Part shown: piece after piece, positions 45,151 to 55,530 of the stretch | How the letters are laid out: every line of letters begins with the position of its first letter | Position numbering within the stretch: the first letter of the stretch is position 1 | NCBI GenBank assembly: GCA_001786575.1 | Contig: MFRW01000001.1 | Coordinates: 22,179-86,178, forward strand | DNA: 64,000 nucleotides | Direction: 5' to 3' | Origin: Candidatus Moranbacteria bacterium RIFCSPHIGHO2_01_FULL_55_24 | GTDB lineage: Bacteria; Patescibacteriota; Minisyncoccia; Moranbacterales; UBA1568 | Notes under the pieces: model-generated | Databases searched by the model: none | What the model saw: the letters and a program-made list of their open reading frames with translations, nothing else | Told to the model about the DNA's origin: nothing | Translations under genes and position numbers: made by a program

Positions 45151-46347
45151 ATGAATACAAACAGCCAGGAGCAGAAAATCGAGGAGCTCTTGTCCCGCGG
45201 CGTCGCGGAGGCGATCGACCGGGAGCATCTCAAAGAGCGTCTTCTTTCGGGTGAGAAGCTCCGCGTGAAGCTCGGGATCGATCCGACCAGTCCGAACATC
45301 CACATCGGCCGCGCCGTACTCCTCCTGAAGCTTCGGGATTTCCAGGAACTCGGCCATCAGATCGTTTTCATCGTCGGGGATTTTACGGGCGTGATCGGCG
45401 ATACTTCTGACAAAGAGAGCGAGCGTCCCATGCTTTCGGAAGAGACGATTAAAGAGAACCTCAAAAGCTACACCGAACAAGCGGGGAAGATCCTCGACAT
45501 CTCCAAGACCGAGGTCCGCTACAATTCCGAATGGCTTGCCAAGCAGAGCTTCAGCGAGATCGGGAAGATGGCAGACGCTTTTTCGCTTGCCGAATTCAAC
45601 GCCCGCGAGAATATCAAGAAGCGCCTGGATGCCGGGAAGCGCGTTTCGCTTCGCGAGCTCCTCTACCCGCTCATGCAGGGCTATGACAGCGTTGCCGTAG
45701 AGGCGGACGTCGAGCTCGGCGGGACCGACCAGCGCTTCAACCTGCTCGCCGGCCGGCACCTCCAGCCGCTCTATGGACAGAAGCCGCAGGATATCCTCAT
45801 GACGGACCTCATCCTCGGGACCGATGGCCGCAAGATGAGCTCGAGCTGGGGCAACACCATCAACCTGACCGATACCCCGAACGACATGTTCGGAAAAGTG
45901 ATGAGCATCCCGGACGAACTCATCGTAAGCTACCTTGTTCATTGCACTCGGGCACCGATGGAAGAAATATCGCGGATTGAAAAAGAACTTTCTGGCGGTG
46001 CGAACCCGCGTGACGCCAAGGTCTTTCTCGCTAAAGCGCTTGTCGAACTCTATTACGGACCGGAAGCAGCTCTGGCTGCTGAAAAATATTTTATTGATAC
46101 CTTTTCCAAAGGTGTCGTACCGGAAGAGGTGCGTCCTTCCCAGGCTCCGGCCGGAAAGAGCTTGGTCGAGTTTCTGGTGGCTGAAGGGCTTGCCGAAAGC
46201 AAGTCGGATGCCCGGCGGAAAATAGAGCAGGGAGGCGTCAGTGTCGATGGAGAGAAACTTACCGATCCGGAAGTGGAAATCGGTGACGATTTCTCCGGCA
46301 AAGTCATGAAAGTCGGCAAGAAGGATTTCGTGAAGATAGTGTTGTAA
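45151..46347 (+). CDS. tyrS: Tyrosine--tRNA ligase
   Basis: HIGH motif PNIHIGR, KMSKS motif KMSSS, C-terminal S4 domain (SKSDARRKIEQGGVSVDGEKL). Confidence 0.85.
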   Translation: MNTNSQEQKIEELLSRGVAEAIDREHLKERLLSGEKLRVKLGIDPTSPNIHIGRAVLLLKLRDFQELGHQIVFIVGDFTGVIGDTSDKESERPMLSEETIKENLKSYTEQAGKILDISKTEVRYNSEWLAKQSFSEIGKMADAFSLAEFNARENIKKRLDAGKRVSLRELLYPLMQGYDSVAVEADVELGGTDQRFNLLAGRHLQPLYGQKPQDILMTDLILGTDGRKMSSSWGNTINLTDTPNDMFGKVMSIPDELIVSYLVHCTRAPMEEISRIEKELSGGANPRDAKVFLAKALVELYYGPEAALAAEKYFIDTFSKGVVPEEVRPSQAPAGKSLVEFLVAEGLAESKSDARRKIEQGGVSVDGEKLTDPEVEIGDDFSGKVMKVGKKDFVKIVL

Positions 46348-46419
46348 ATTTTGCAGCAGGATTGTTTCGTTAGCTGAAAAATCTTCGCCAAACGGAGAGA
46401 AATTAGATAGAATAGCAGT

Positions 46420-47454
46420 ATGCAAGAACGAATTCTCGAGATTGGACAGGCGGCGAAAAGCGCTCTCCTCGCTCTTCAGAGCACGGAGGCGCTTCTTGAT
46501 TGGGAAGTAGAATACCTGGGCCGCAAGAGCGAGCTCAATGCCATCCTGAAGGGTCTCAAGGACCTCTCTGCGGAAGAACGGCGCGTCGTGGGTCCGGCTG
46601 CCAATGCGCTGAAAACCGAACTCACCCTTCTTCATAAGGAAAAAGAGACAGCGCTTCGTGAATCCGCGCGCGACTGGGAGAGCGAAGGCATCGACGTGAC
46701 CGCTCCGGGTGCCAAGAAGCCGCTGGGTCATTTGCATCCTGTCACCACCCTCGAGCATGCTGTCGAGGACATTTTCACCGAACTCGGATTCGCCATTGCG
46801 GACGGTCCGGAGCTCGAGAAGGAATGGTACAACTTCGATGCGCTCAACTTCCCCAAGGATCACCCGGCGCGCGATATGCAGGATACGTTCTGGGTCTCGA
46901 CCAAGAAGGGAAAGGATCGGTTCGTCATGCGCACCCACACTTCTCCGGGCCAGGTGCGCTATATGGAGACTCACAAGCCGCCCTTCCGCGTAGTGGTACC
47001 GGGGCGCGTCTTCCGTAACGAAGCCACCGACGCATCGCATGAGCATACTTTCAATCAGTTCGAATGTCTTATGGTAGGGGAGGCCGGCGAAGTCAGCGTC
47101 GCCACATTCAAATACTTAGCAACCACTTTCTTCGAACGTTTCTTCGGAAAGAGGGTCGAGGTGCGTCTACGCCCGAGCTTCTTCCCGTTCACCGAGCCTT
47201 CGTTCGAATTCGATATCACCTGCGTGCTCTGCAATGGCAAAGGCTGCTCGACCTGCAAGCAGACAGGGTGGCTCGAGATCGGCGGCGCCGGCATGGTGAA
47301 CCAACGCGTCTTCGAGGCGGCCGGCTACCCGCGCGGCAAGTATCAGGGATTCGCGTGGGGGTTCGGTCTGACCCGGCTCGCCATGATGAAGTACAAGATT
47401 TCCGATATCCGCCTCCTCATGAGCGGCGATCTTCGTTTTATCCGGCAGTTTTAG
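46420..47454 (+). CDS. pheS: Phenylalanine--tRNA ligase alpha subunit
   Basis: Motifs FPKDHPARDMQDTFW, FRNEATDASHEHTFNQFE and GFAWGFGLTRLAM. Confidence 0.9.
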   Translation: MQERILEIGQAAKSALLALQSTEALLDWEVEYLGRKSELNAILKGLKDLSAEERRVVGPAANALKTELTLLHKEKETALRESARDWESEGIDVTAPGAKKPLGHLHPVTTLEHAVEDIFTELGFAIADGPELEKEWYNFDALNFPKDHPARDMQDTFWVSTKKGKDRFVMRTHTSPGQVRYMETHKPPFRVVVPGRVFRNEATDASHEHTFNQFECLMVGEAGEVSVATFKYLATTFFERFFGKRVEVRLRPSFFPFTEPSFEFDITCVLCNGKGCSTCKQTGWLEIGGAGMVNQRVFEAAGYPRGKYQGFAWGFGLTRLAMMKYKISDIRLLMSGDLRFIRQF

Positions 47455-47462
47455 TTTTCCCT

Positions 47463-49853
47463 ATGAAATACAGCTACCATTGGCTCAAAGAGCTTTCCGG
47501 AACCAAGAAGTCGCCTGACCAGCTGGCGAAGCTCCTTATGATGCACGCGTTCGAAGTGGAAAGCGTGGAGAAATTCCCTCACGGGCTTTCCGATATCGTC
47601 ATCGGCGAAGTCGCAGCTCTGGCACCGCACCCGAATGCCGACCGCCTACGCGTGGCGACGGTATGTACCGGCAAGGACGCCGAGCACACCATCGTCTGCG
47701 GCGCTCCGAACATCGAGGCAGGCCAGAAGGTGGCAGTGGCGCTTCCTGGAACAGTACTTCCTGGCGGCATGGAGATCGGCGAGGCGAAGCTTCGCGGAGT
47801 TCTCTCCCAGGGAATGATCTGCTCCGAGCGCGAGCTCGGGCTGGGCGAGAATCATGAGGGCATCCTGGTCCTGCCCGAAGACGCGCCGACCGGAGCGCTT
47901 TTTGCCAAGCATTACAAACTCGATGACAGCATCCTGGATATCAAGATCCTGCCGGATCGCGGTTCGGATGCGCTTTCATACGAAGGCATGGCGCGGGAGA
48001 TAGCGGCGCTCGACGGTCACGCTCCGCGTTTCGACGAAAAGCCGCGGAAAATCGTCAAGATTCCGGCCTACAATCGCGCACCGAAAGTGCTGCTTGCCGA
48101 CAAGAAGGCCTGCTCGCGCTACGTCGGACTGTCTTTCCAGGGCGTGAAGATCAACGAGTCCCCGCTCTGGCTCAAGCTGAAACTGTTTCTCTCCGGTCTC
48201 CGGCCGATTAACAACGTCGTAGACGCGACCAACTATCTCATGCTCCTTACCGGCCAGCCGATGCACGCCTTCGATGCCGATAAGATTTCCGGCCCGGTAT
48301 CGGTCCGCTTCGCCAAGAAGAACGAGAAGCTGACGCTTCTTTCGGGCGCGACGATCAAGCTCCACCCGGAAGACCTGGTCATCGCGGATGCCAAGAAAGC
48401 GCTCGCGCTTGCCGGCGTCATGGGCGGCAATCTCTCTGCGGTCACTCCGGAAACCGAGAATATCTTCCTAGAAATCGCGGTGTTCGACCCGGCGACGGTG
48501 CGGCGCACGAAGATGCGCCACGGACTCCCGACGGACGCCAGCTATCGCTTCGAACGGGGCTTGGATCCGAATCTTCCGACTGATGCGCTCCGTGAAGCAG
48601 CGATGCTCCTCACGTCGCTCACCGGCGGCAAGCTCATGGGACTGCGCGATGTTTACCCGAAAGCCGTCAAGCCATGGAAGATCAGGCTTTCCCTGGAACG
48701 CGTCGAGGAAATGCTCGGAACCAAAGTGCCGCTCTTCGAAGCGGTGCAGTATCTGGCGCTCCTCGGACTCAAGGTCAAGAAGATGGCCGACCGGAATATC
48801 CTCGAGGTAACCGTGCCGACCCGCCGCCCGGATCTCCTGGACGAATGGGATCTCATCGAGGAGATCGGCCGCATGCGCGGCTACGAGAAAATCCCGGCGC
48901 TTGCCCCGATCCTGCCGCTCACGCCGAGAGAGCCGGCTCCCGGGAAAACTTTCGAACGCGCTTTGAAGACCTATCTGGCCGATAGCGGTTTCGATGAGAT
49001 CATGACTTACTCGTTCTATGCCGTGAAAGACGCGGAAGCGGCGCGCCTGCCTGCCGACAAGCATCTCGTCCTGGAGAATCCTTTGAGCCCGGAGCACTCC
49101 TGGCTCCGTCTGTCGCTTTCTCCGACGATGCTCCGCAAAGTGCGCGAGAACCTGCGCTATCAGGAAGCATTCTCCTGCTTCGAATACGGAAGCGTCTTCC
49201 GAGCAGCGGGGAAATCCGAGACGCCGAGCGAACGGAAAGAAGTCCTCCTCGCTTCCGTGATTGAGAAAAGCGAGGAAAAAGGCAGCGCCTTCTTCGCTCT
49301 CAAGGGGAGTGTCGCGGCGATGCTCGAAAAGCTCGGCTGCCAGGACGCTTCCTTCGAACGACTCACGCCGGAACATGTCTATCTGACAGCTGCCATGCTT
49401 CATCCGACGCGAAGCGCGGTCATAAAGAGCGGCGACAAAGTGATCGGGCTCATGGGCGAGCTTCACCCGAGCGTTGCCAAGAGCTTCGGTCTGCCGGAAG
49501 GCCGCGTAGCTCTTGCCGGGTTCCAGGTGGAGGCGCTCTCCGAGTTACAGAAAGAAACTCCACTCTTCACCCCGCTCCAGAAATTCCCGTCAGTGTTTCG
49601 CGATGTCTCTCTCACATTCCCCAAGACGGTCATCGTGGGTGCAGCGGAATCCGTGATCCGCAAGGCGGGCGAGCCGCTTCTCCGCTCCCTGGAACTTTTC
49701 GATATCTACGAGCAGGAGGGCGAGAAGAGTCTTGCTTTCCATCTGGCCTTCGGCGCCGAAGACCGGACCCTTACGGCCGAAGAGGCGGATCAAGCCATGC
49801 AGGCTATCGTTTCGCATATCCATACCGAGCTCCAGGGCTACCTCCGCGCATAA
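47463..49853 (+). CDS. pheT: Phenylalanine--tRNA ligase beta subunit
   Basis: Motifs MKYSYHWLKEL, tRNA-binding domain, B3/B4 and B5 domains. The ORF 47064..49853 N-extension overlaps pheS in another frame; start taken at the ATG at 47463. Confidence 0.9.
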   Translation: MKYSYHWLKELSGTKKSPDQLAKLLMMHAFEVESVEKFPHGLSDIVIGEVAALAPHPNADRLRVATVCTGKDAEHTIVCGAPNIEAGQKVAVALPGTVLPGGMEIGEAKLRGVLSQGMICSERELGLGENHEGILVLPEDAPTGALFAKHYKLDDSILDIKILPDRGSDALSYEGMAREIAALDGHAPRFDEKPRKIVKIPAYNRAPKVLLADKKACSRYVGLSFQGVKINESPLWLKLKLFLSGLRPINNVVDATNYLMLLTGQPMHAFDADKISGPVSVRFAKKNEKLTLLSGATIKLHPEDLVIADAKKALALAGVMGGNLSAVTPETENIFLEIAVFDPATVRRTKMRHGLPTDASYRFERGLDPNLPTDALREAAMLLTSLTGGKLMGLRDVYPKAVKPWKIRLSLERVEEMLGTKVPLFEAVQYLALLGLKVKKMADRNILEVTVPTRRPDLLDEWDLIEEIGRMRGYEKIPALAPILPLTPREPAPGKTFERALKTYLADSGFDEIMTYSFYAVKDAEAARLPADKHLVLENPLSPEHSWLRLSLSPTMLRKVRENLRYQEAFSCFEYGSVFRAAGKSETPSERKEVLLASVIEKSEEKGSAFFALKGSVAAMLEKLGCQDASFERLTPEHVYLTAAMLHPTRSAVIKSGDKVIGLMGELHPSVAKSFGLPEGRVALAGFQVEALSELQKETPLFTPLQKFPSVFRDVSLTFPKTVIVGAAESVIRKAGEPLLRSLELFDIYEQEGEKSLAFHLAFGAEDRTLTAEEADQAMQAIVSHIHTELQGYLRA

Positions 49854-49877
49854 TCCGGTTTCTCTCCGTTTCGGCCT

Positions 49878-50996
49878 ATGAAGATCGCTCTCGTGCACGA
49901 CTATCTGGTGCAGTACGGCGGCGCAGAGCGCGTCCTAGAAATCTTCCAGGAACTCTATCCGTACGCTCCTATCTATACGCTGGTCCATGATCCGAGCGCG
50001 ATGCATGGCAAGTTCGCCGCAAGCCGCATCTACACCTCGTTCCTCCAGAAGATGCCTTTCTCACGGAAGCATCATCGCCTGTTCCCGCCGCTCATGCCGC
50101 TCGCTATCGAGCAGTTCGATTTCAGCAAGTACGATGTCGTGCTCTCGGATTCGTCGAGTTTCGCCAAGGGTATCATCACGCGGCCCGAGACGCTCCATAT
50201 CTGCTATATGCACACTCCCATGCGCTATGCCTGGGACGACTGCCAGAAGTACACCGAGGACTTCGGCTTCCCCGGTCTCATCAAGAAATTGGTGCCGTTT
50301 TTCATGAGCCCCATCCGCCTGTGGGACCGGGCGAGCGCCGACCGGGTAGACCGGATCATCGCCAATTCGCAGTTCGTGGCGAAGCGCATCCAGAAGTACT
50401 ACCGCAAGGATTCTCTCGTCATCCATCCGCCGGTGAACGTGAGCCAGTTCTACCGAAGCGAGACCAGGGGCGACTATTTCCTCATGGTAGGGCGGCTCAT
50501 CGCCTACAAGCGCCACGACATCGCGATCGAGGCCTTCAATCGCCTGAAGCTGCCGCTCAAAATCATCGGGCGCGGGCCGGAGTATGACCGGCTGAAGAAA
50601 CTGGCCGGTCCGACCATCGAGTTCTTGGGCCGCGTACCGGAGGAGGAGTTGCCCAAGTACTATGCCGAGTGCCGCGGCTTCGTTTTCCCCCAGGAGGAGG
50701 ACTTCGGAATCGTGGCGATCGAGGCTATGGCTTCGGGCCGGCCGATTATCGCCTATCGGGGCGGGGATATCGTCGAGCACATGGAAGAAGGCGTCATGGG
50801 CGAATACTTCGACGAGCAGACCCCGGAAGCCCTCATGAAAGCGGTAGAGCGTTTCGACGAATCCAAGTACGATCCGGGGTATATCCGGAGCAAAGCCGGC
50901 ATCTTTGACAAGGAGCTATTTAAGGCTACAATAAAGGGCTATGTGGAGGAGGCCGTACGAGAGCATTTACAGAAAAGAACCCGCTTATGGAATTGA
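49878..50996 (+). CDS. Glycosyltransferase family 4
   Basis: MKIALVHDYLVQYGGAERV ... FVFPQEEDFGIVAIEAMASGRPIIA. Confidence 0.8.
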   Translation: MKIALVHDYLVQYGGAERVLEIFQELYPYAPIYTLVHDPSAMHGKFAASRIYTSFLQKMPFSRKHHRLFPPLMPLAIEQFDFSKYDVVLSDSSSFAKGIITRPETLHICYMHTPMRYAWDDCQKYTEDFGFPGLIKKLVPFFMSPIRLWDRASADRVDRIIANSQFVAKRIQKYYRKDSLVIHPPVNVSQFYRSETRGDYFLMVGRLIAYKRHDIAIEAFNRLKLPLKIIGRGPEYDRLKKLAGPTIEFLGRVPEEELPKYYAECRGFVFPQEEDFGIVAIEAMASGRPIIAYRGGDIVEHMEEGVMGEYFDEQTPEALMKAVERFDESKYDPGYIRSKAGIFDKELFKATIKGYVEEAVREHLQKRTRLWN

Positions 50997-51589
50997 GAGA
51001 ATACATCCGCATTTTTTGGAAAGACCGGCTCCTCTTCGCGGTTTTGGTGATACTTTTCGTATTTTTCGGAGCTTTATGGCAAGGGCTCCAGCCCGTCCGC
51101 TATCAGGCAGCGCTCCTCTTGAATGTCGGCCGCCAAAGCGTCCAAGAAACCCAAGACTACACCTTCGACAGCTTCTACCGCCTCCAGGCCGACGAGCGCT
51201 TCGGCGATACGGTGGTGCGCTGGCTCCAGTCGCCGCGGGTGGTGACGGATATCTTCCAGGACGCCGGAGAAAGCGCTCCTGGGAACTCTACTGATTTCTT
51301 CCAGGCCAGGAGGCTGTCGTCCCAAGTGATCGAAGTGACGTTCGTTTCCGGAGATGAGGAAACGCTCCGCTCGCTGTCGCACGCCGCCGTGAAGGTGCTT
51401 AACCGCTACGCCGCAGACCTGAACCGCGAGAACAGCGAAGCCAATTGGTTCGTCGTGATCGGGAGCGAGCCGATCCTCTCCGATGCGCGCGTCCCGTTCC
51501 TGCCCGTCCTTCTCATAAGTTTCTTCATCGGATTCTTCGTGGCTTTCTGGACCATTCTCCTCAAGCATTATCTGATAGCCAAAGAGTAA
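50987..51589 (+). CDS. Wzz/polysaccharide co-polymerase-like chain-length determinant (small)
   Basis: N- and C-terminal TM helices flanking a soluble domain, located between GT4 genes. Weak family assignment. Confidence 0.4.
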   Translation: MELREYIRIFWKDRLLFAVLVILFVFFGALWQGLQPVRYQAALLLNVGRQSVQETQDYTFDSFYRLQADERFGDTVVRWLQSPRVVTDIFQDAGESAPGNSTDFFQARRLSSQVIEVTFVSGDEETLRSLSHAAVKVLNRYAADLNRENSEANWFVVIGSEPILSDARVPFLPVLLISFFIGFFVAFWTILLKHYLIAKE

Positions 51590-51590
51590 G

Positions 51591-52751
51591 ATGCGGATCG
51601 GCATAGACGTACGGTGCCTTACGGAGGGGAGGCGGACCGGAGTAGAAGAATACACCGAAAAGCTTCTGCGGGAGCTCTTTTCGCTTGACCAGGAGAACGA
51701 GTACGTTCTTTTCCTGAATTCCTGGCACGAGACCGCCGGGGACTTCGCCTGGCTGGAAGCCTTCCCTCGCGTCACGCTCTGCCGCTTCCGCTACCCGAAC
51801 AAGCTCCTCAATCTCTGTCTCTGGTACCTGGGCCGGCCATATCTCGACCGTCTCCTCGGCGGGGTAGATGTCTTCTTTGTCCCCAATCAGAACTTCGTCC
51901 GGGTCAGTCCCGGGGTGCCGCTCGTAGTGACGGCGCACGACCTCTCTTTCGAGCTTTTCCCGGAGACCTTCTCGTGGAAGCAGCGGCTCTGGCATTTCTT
52001 GGTCAATTTCCGCGGGCTGGCCCGGCGGGCTGCCCGGATCATCGCCGTTTCGCAGTCGACGGCCGGGGATCTCCAGGAATACTACGGCGTTCCGGAGGAG
52101 AAGATCACGGTGGTATTAAGCGGGAAAGATGAGACGTGCCAGCCGATGGATCGGAACAGTCTCACGCTTCTCGACGTGCAGAAGCGCTATCGTCTCCCGT
52201 ATCGCTTCATCCTTTCTTTCGGAACCTTCGAGCCGCGCAAGAATACGCTCATGCTCGTAGAGGCCTTCGAGGAGCTCCGGCGTAGCGGCGGAGAAGCGGC
52301 GAAGTATGACCTCGTGCTCGCAGGGAGCCCTGGCTGGGGCAGCGAAGGGCTCTATGCGCGTATCGAAGCTTCGCCTTTCCGCGAGAATATCCGTGTCTTG
52401 GGCTTCGTTCCGGACGAAGACAAAGCCGCGCTCTACAACCTGGCGAGCCTCTTCGTCTACCCGTCGCTCTATGAAGGCTTCGGATTCCCGCCGCTCGAAG
52501 CCATGGCTTCCGGCGTGCCGGTCATCGCTTCGCATGCCTCCTCGATTCCGGAAATCGTTTCCGATGCCGCACTTCTCGTCGATCCCTACCAGCCGAACGA
52601 GCTCCTCTTGGCGCTTCAGGCGGTGCTTACGGATCGCGAGCTGTCAGAACGCCTCAAGGCGCGCGGGCTTGCGAGAGCGGCGCGATTTTCCTGGAAGCGC
52701 TCCGCGGAGGAGACGCTCCGAGTACTCACAGAAGCAGGAAAAGGCTCTTGA
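51591..52751 (+). CDS. Glycosyltransferase family 4
   Basis: C-terminal motif [27 protein letters not shown]. Confidence 0.8.
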   Translation: MRIGIDVRCLTEGRRTGVEEYTEKLLRELFSLDQENEYVLFLNSWHETAGDFAWLEAFPRVTLCRFRYPNKLLNLCLWYLGRPYLDRLLGGVDVFFVPNQNFVRVSPGVPLVVTAHDLSFELFPETFSWKQRLWHFLVNFRGLARRAARIIAVSQSTAGDLQEYYGVPEEKITVVLSGKDETCQPMDRNSLTLLDVQKRYRLPYRFILSFGTFEPRKNTLMLVEAFEELRRSGGEAAKYDLVLAGSPGWGSEGLYARIEASPFRENIRVLGFVPDEDKAALYNLASLFVYPSLYEGFGFPPLEAMASGVPVIASHASSIPEIVSDAALLVDPYQPNELLLALQAVLTDRELSERLKARGLARAARFSWKRSAEETLRVLTEAGKGS

Positions 52752-52835
52752 CGAGTCCTTTTTTTCTTCCCCAAAAGGTATATAATGAAAGAGGATGAAA
52801 AAATAAGCACTCTCATCCGCTAAAACAAAAAGGAT

Positions 52836-54236
52836 ATGTCGAAATTTAAAGATGGCCTCAAAGGCTTGGGAACGCTCCCAGCGCTTTTGATCGTCGTGGT
52901 GTCTTTCGGAGGATTTCTCGCAGCCGCGTCCATCGTGACGCACAACCAGCTGGCTTTGTCGCCGGTTTCTTTGGCGAAAGACGGCGAGGATGATGGCGGT
53001 GACAGCGAAGATAGCAAAGATAGCGAAGATGAAGACAAAGATGAAGATAAAGACGAGGACAAGGATGAAGATAAAGACGAAGATAAGTCTTTAGAGAAGG
53101 AAAGAGAAGCAGCCAAGAAGCAGGCCGAGCGTGAGCGCGAAGCCGCGAAGAAGAAGTCCAATAGCGGCCAAGGCGGCGATAACCTCTCTCTAGACGAGAA
53201 TGAAACGGAAGACGAGCTGGATGATGTAGAAGAAGACGAGCTGGATGATGAGCAACAGGCCGAAACAGAGAAGGCCATGTACAAGGATCGTACTAAGACT
53301 CTCGAGAAGCTGAACGAAGAGATCTACGAGGCCGAGAAGAAGATCATGGAAGCCAAGGCCGAAGGGGTCAATGTGAGCAAGGCGCTTGCAACTCTCGGAC
53401 TTGCCAAGGCGAAGATTGCCGAAGTAGAGCGAGCATTCAGCACATCCGACCTCGAAGCAGCGAAGCGTCTCGCCAAGGAAGTGAAGAAACTCGCGCATTT
53501 CGCGCGCAACGAGGATTTTCATGACGCCGAGAAACTTACCGAAGACCTTTCGAAGATCGCCAAGCGCATCTCGCAGGCTCGCGGCAAGATCGTGCTGTAT
53601 GAATCGCTTGGTGGTGACGGATCGGCATTTGCGAACTCGCTGAACAATCTTGAAGCGGAATTCAATGTCACCAAAGCGACTATCGCCGCGGGCGGAGACG
53701 GATCTCTTTCCGCTATTGATTCTCTGGATACCTTGGAGCGCAAGATAAAGTCCGTAAAGAGCAGCGTGGAGAACTCCATCTACGCTCTCGGCGGTACGGA
53801 TGAGGAATACGACGACGATTATAAGGACGAAACAGAGGACCTCATGGCAGAACTCGAAGATGTGGCGGAAATTGAGGGCGAGGACCTCGGCAAGCAGGTG
53901 CGCACTATCGCTCGTGCCCAGGGGATTTCGGCCAGCAAGGTAGGTGATACGGTAGAAAGTATCGATAACCGCAATGCTGCGCTTCAGTTCCTCTTCGGCA
54001 CCAAGAAGAGCGAGATCGAAAAATTGGAACAAGAAATTGCTGCCAACAAGGCGCGTGTCGATCTGCTCATCCAGGCTGCAGCCAAGGTCGAGGATCCAGA
54101 TGTGAAGCAGATCCTCCTAGACCAGGCAGAAGTTCTTAAGCAGGAGACCGCGAAGCTCGAAACCTTCGTTTCCGGTCAGAAGAACCGTTTGAGTCTCTTC
54201 GGCTGGCTCCTCAACCTGAACCCCGGCCAGAATTAA
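52836..54236 (+). CDS. Signal-anchored coiled-coil protein with (DEDK)n acidic repeat
   Basis: TM LLIVVVSFGGFLAAASIV, then DSEDSKDSEDEDKDEDKDEDKDEDKDEDK, then extended heptad-like Ala/Lys/Glu-rich coiled coil. Confidence 0.55.
   Translation: MSKFKDGLKGLGTLPALLIVVVSFGGFLAAASIVTHNQLALSPVSLAKDGEDDGGDSEDSKDSEDEDKDEDKDEDKDEDKDEDKSLEKEREAAKKQAEREREAAKKKSNSGQGGDNLSLDENETEDELDDVEEDELDDEQQAETEKAMYKDRTKTLEKLNEEIYEAEKKIMEAKAEGVNVSKALATLGLAKAKIAEVERAFSTSDLEAAKRLAKEVKKLAHFARNEDFHDAEKLTEDLSKIAKRISQARGKIVLYESLGGDGSAFANSLNNLEAEFNVTKATIAAGGDGSLSAIDSLDTLERKIKSVKSSVENSIYALGGTDEEYDDDYKDETEDLMAELEDVAEIEGEDLGKQVRTIARAQGISASKVGDTVESIDNRNAALQFLFGTKKSEIEKLEQEIAANKARVDLLIQAAAKVEDPDVKQILLDQAEVLKQETAKLETFVSGQKNRLSLFGWLLNLNPGQN
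53025..53087 (+). repeat. 12-nt tandem repeat (GAWGAYAARGAY) x about 5 encoding DEDK repeats
   Basis: gaagatgaagacaaagatgaagataaagacgaggacaaggatgaagataaagacgaagataag. Confidence 0.7.
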
Positions 54237-54262
54237 GCCAAAGACAGGAGAAAAGCTGAAAA

Positions 54263-54285
54263 AGAGGGAGAAATCCCTCTTTTTG
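54263..54285 (+). terminator. Intrinsic terminator
   Basis: AGAGGGA/TCCCTCT stem with a 4-nt loop, followed by TTTTT. Confidence 0.7.
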
Positions 54286-54323
54286 CTTGATTAAAGATCC
54301 ATTGAAATGTTTACGATATAATA

Positions 54324-54351
54324 TTGACAAATAGAGAAATTCGGGATATAT
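54324..54351 (+). promoter_or_regulatory. Consensus sigma70 promoter TTGACA-N17-TATATT driving the radical-SAM operon
   Basis: -35 at 54324-54329, -10 at 54346-54351, in an AT-rich spacer. Confidence 0.6.
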
Positions 54352-54356
54352 TCAGC

Positions 54357-54375
54357 TGTCAGAAACATTCTGACA
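54357..54375 (+). promoter_or_regulatory. Operator-like perfect palindrome TGTCAGAA-ACA-TTCTGACA at the predicted transcription start
   Basis: 8-3-8 inverted repeat starting 6 nt downstream of the -10 hexamer. Confidence 0.5.
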
Positions 54376-54417
54376 ACTTTTCTTTAACAAATTAGCCGAT
54401 AAAGAAGGGAAGTCAAA

Positions 54418-55500
54418 ATGTCTCATCAAGCTTTGTTCTGGAGGGTTGTGATGCAACCAACTTCCTTCTGTAATTTGAATTGTAGCTATTGCTATTTGAA
54501 GTACAGAAGAAGTAGCTATAAGATGAGTGTCACTGTGGCTCAAAGTGTGGCGCAGTCCGTCTTTCAAGCGGGTAATCCGGTAAGAATATTGTGGCATGGC
54601 GGTGAGCCATTGAGCTGTGGCAAGAAGCACTTCCAATCGCTACTTACGCCTTTCCAAGGCCTATGCGAAGCTCATATGGCCTCTCATTATATCCAGACAA
54701 ATGCAACTCTCATCAATGAAGAATGGTGCAGATTCTTCATTAACAATAATGTCCATGTGGGGGTAAGCATAGATGGGCCTGACTGGGCTAATAGAAATAG
54801 AACCGACTGGTCAGGAAGATCGTCGTTTAGCAGAATAATGGCTGGGGTATCATATTTAAAAGAATTTGATATACCATTTAGTGTTATCTGTGTTATCGAT
54901 GAATCAAGCTTGGAGAAGGCTGAAGAAATCTATACCTTCTTCTGCAATCTTGGATGTAGCGAGGTTGCATTTAATATCGAGGAGAAGCTTGGAATACATG
55001 AAACAAGTGCTCCGGATGATTCCAGACGTATAACAAACTTCTGGGCAGAACTGTTTAGATATTGGAAGGAAAGGCCGAATATCCCGATAAGGGAGGTGGA
55101 CAGGACTTTGCGTTGGATAGCAGCTCAAGAGGGTCCACAAGGAGATCCAGTAATAGAAGATTTCTTCCCTAGCGTTGCATATGATGGGAAGGTAGTATTG
55201 CTTTCCCCAGAGTTTCTCGATGTTTCCTGCAAGCTTTATTCTGATTTTTGTGCAGGAAATGTTTTGGATAGCACGTTAAATCAAATATGCGCCAAGGCAA
55301 AAAATCTTCAATACATTCAAGATTACTTGGAAGGTTTAAGAAAGTGCAAATCGGAATGCGAATATTTTGCATTCTGTAAGGGAGGCCAGGCAGCGAGTAA
55401 ATATTTTGAACATGGTACTACATGTGCCACGGAAACGGTATACTGCCGCAATTCAGAACAAAGGCTGCTTGAGGGAGTTCTTCAGTCAATAGAAGCTTGA
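54418..55500 (+). CDS. Radical SAM enzyme with C-terminal SPASM domain, anSME-family (peptide/protein-modifying maturase)
   Basis: N-terminal CNLNCSYCY (CxxxCxxC). Motifs ILWHGGEPL, IQTNATLINEEW and VGVSIDGP align with anaerobic sulfatase-maturating enzyme. C-terminal cluster CKSECEYFAFCKGGQ...C...C. No sulfatase gene in the window. Confidence 0.8.
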   Translation: MSHQALFWRVVMQPTSFCNLNCSYCYLKYRRSSYKMSVTVAQSVAQSVFQAGNPVRILWHGGEPLSCGKKHFQSLLTPFQGLCEAHMASHYIQTNATLINEEWCRFFINNNVHVGVSIDGPDWANRNRTDWSGRSSFSRIMAGVSYLKEFDIPFSVICVIDESSLEKAEEIYTFFCNLGCSEVAFNIEEKLGIHETSAPDDSRRITNFWAELFRYWKERPNIPIREVDRTLRWIAAQEGPQGDPVIEDFFPSVAYDGKVVLLSPEFLDVSCKLYSDFCAGNVLDSTLNQICAKAKNLQYIQDYLEGLRKCKSECEYFAFCKGGQAASKYFEHGTTCATETVYCRNSEQRLLEGVLQSIEA

Positions 55501-55530
55501 TGTTCTCTAATCGAAAGGAGGTGAGTTAGA

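Noticed and set aside
52748-52812. AGCACTC half-site near 52803 and TTGACG/TATAAT elements upstream of the coiled-coil protein gene, considered as a second CIRCE or promoter
   Set aside because: Only one CIRCE half is present. The -35/-10 spacing is 27 nt. Only the isolated TATAAT at 52781-52786 is plausible.
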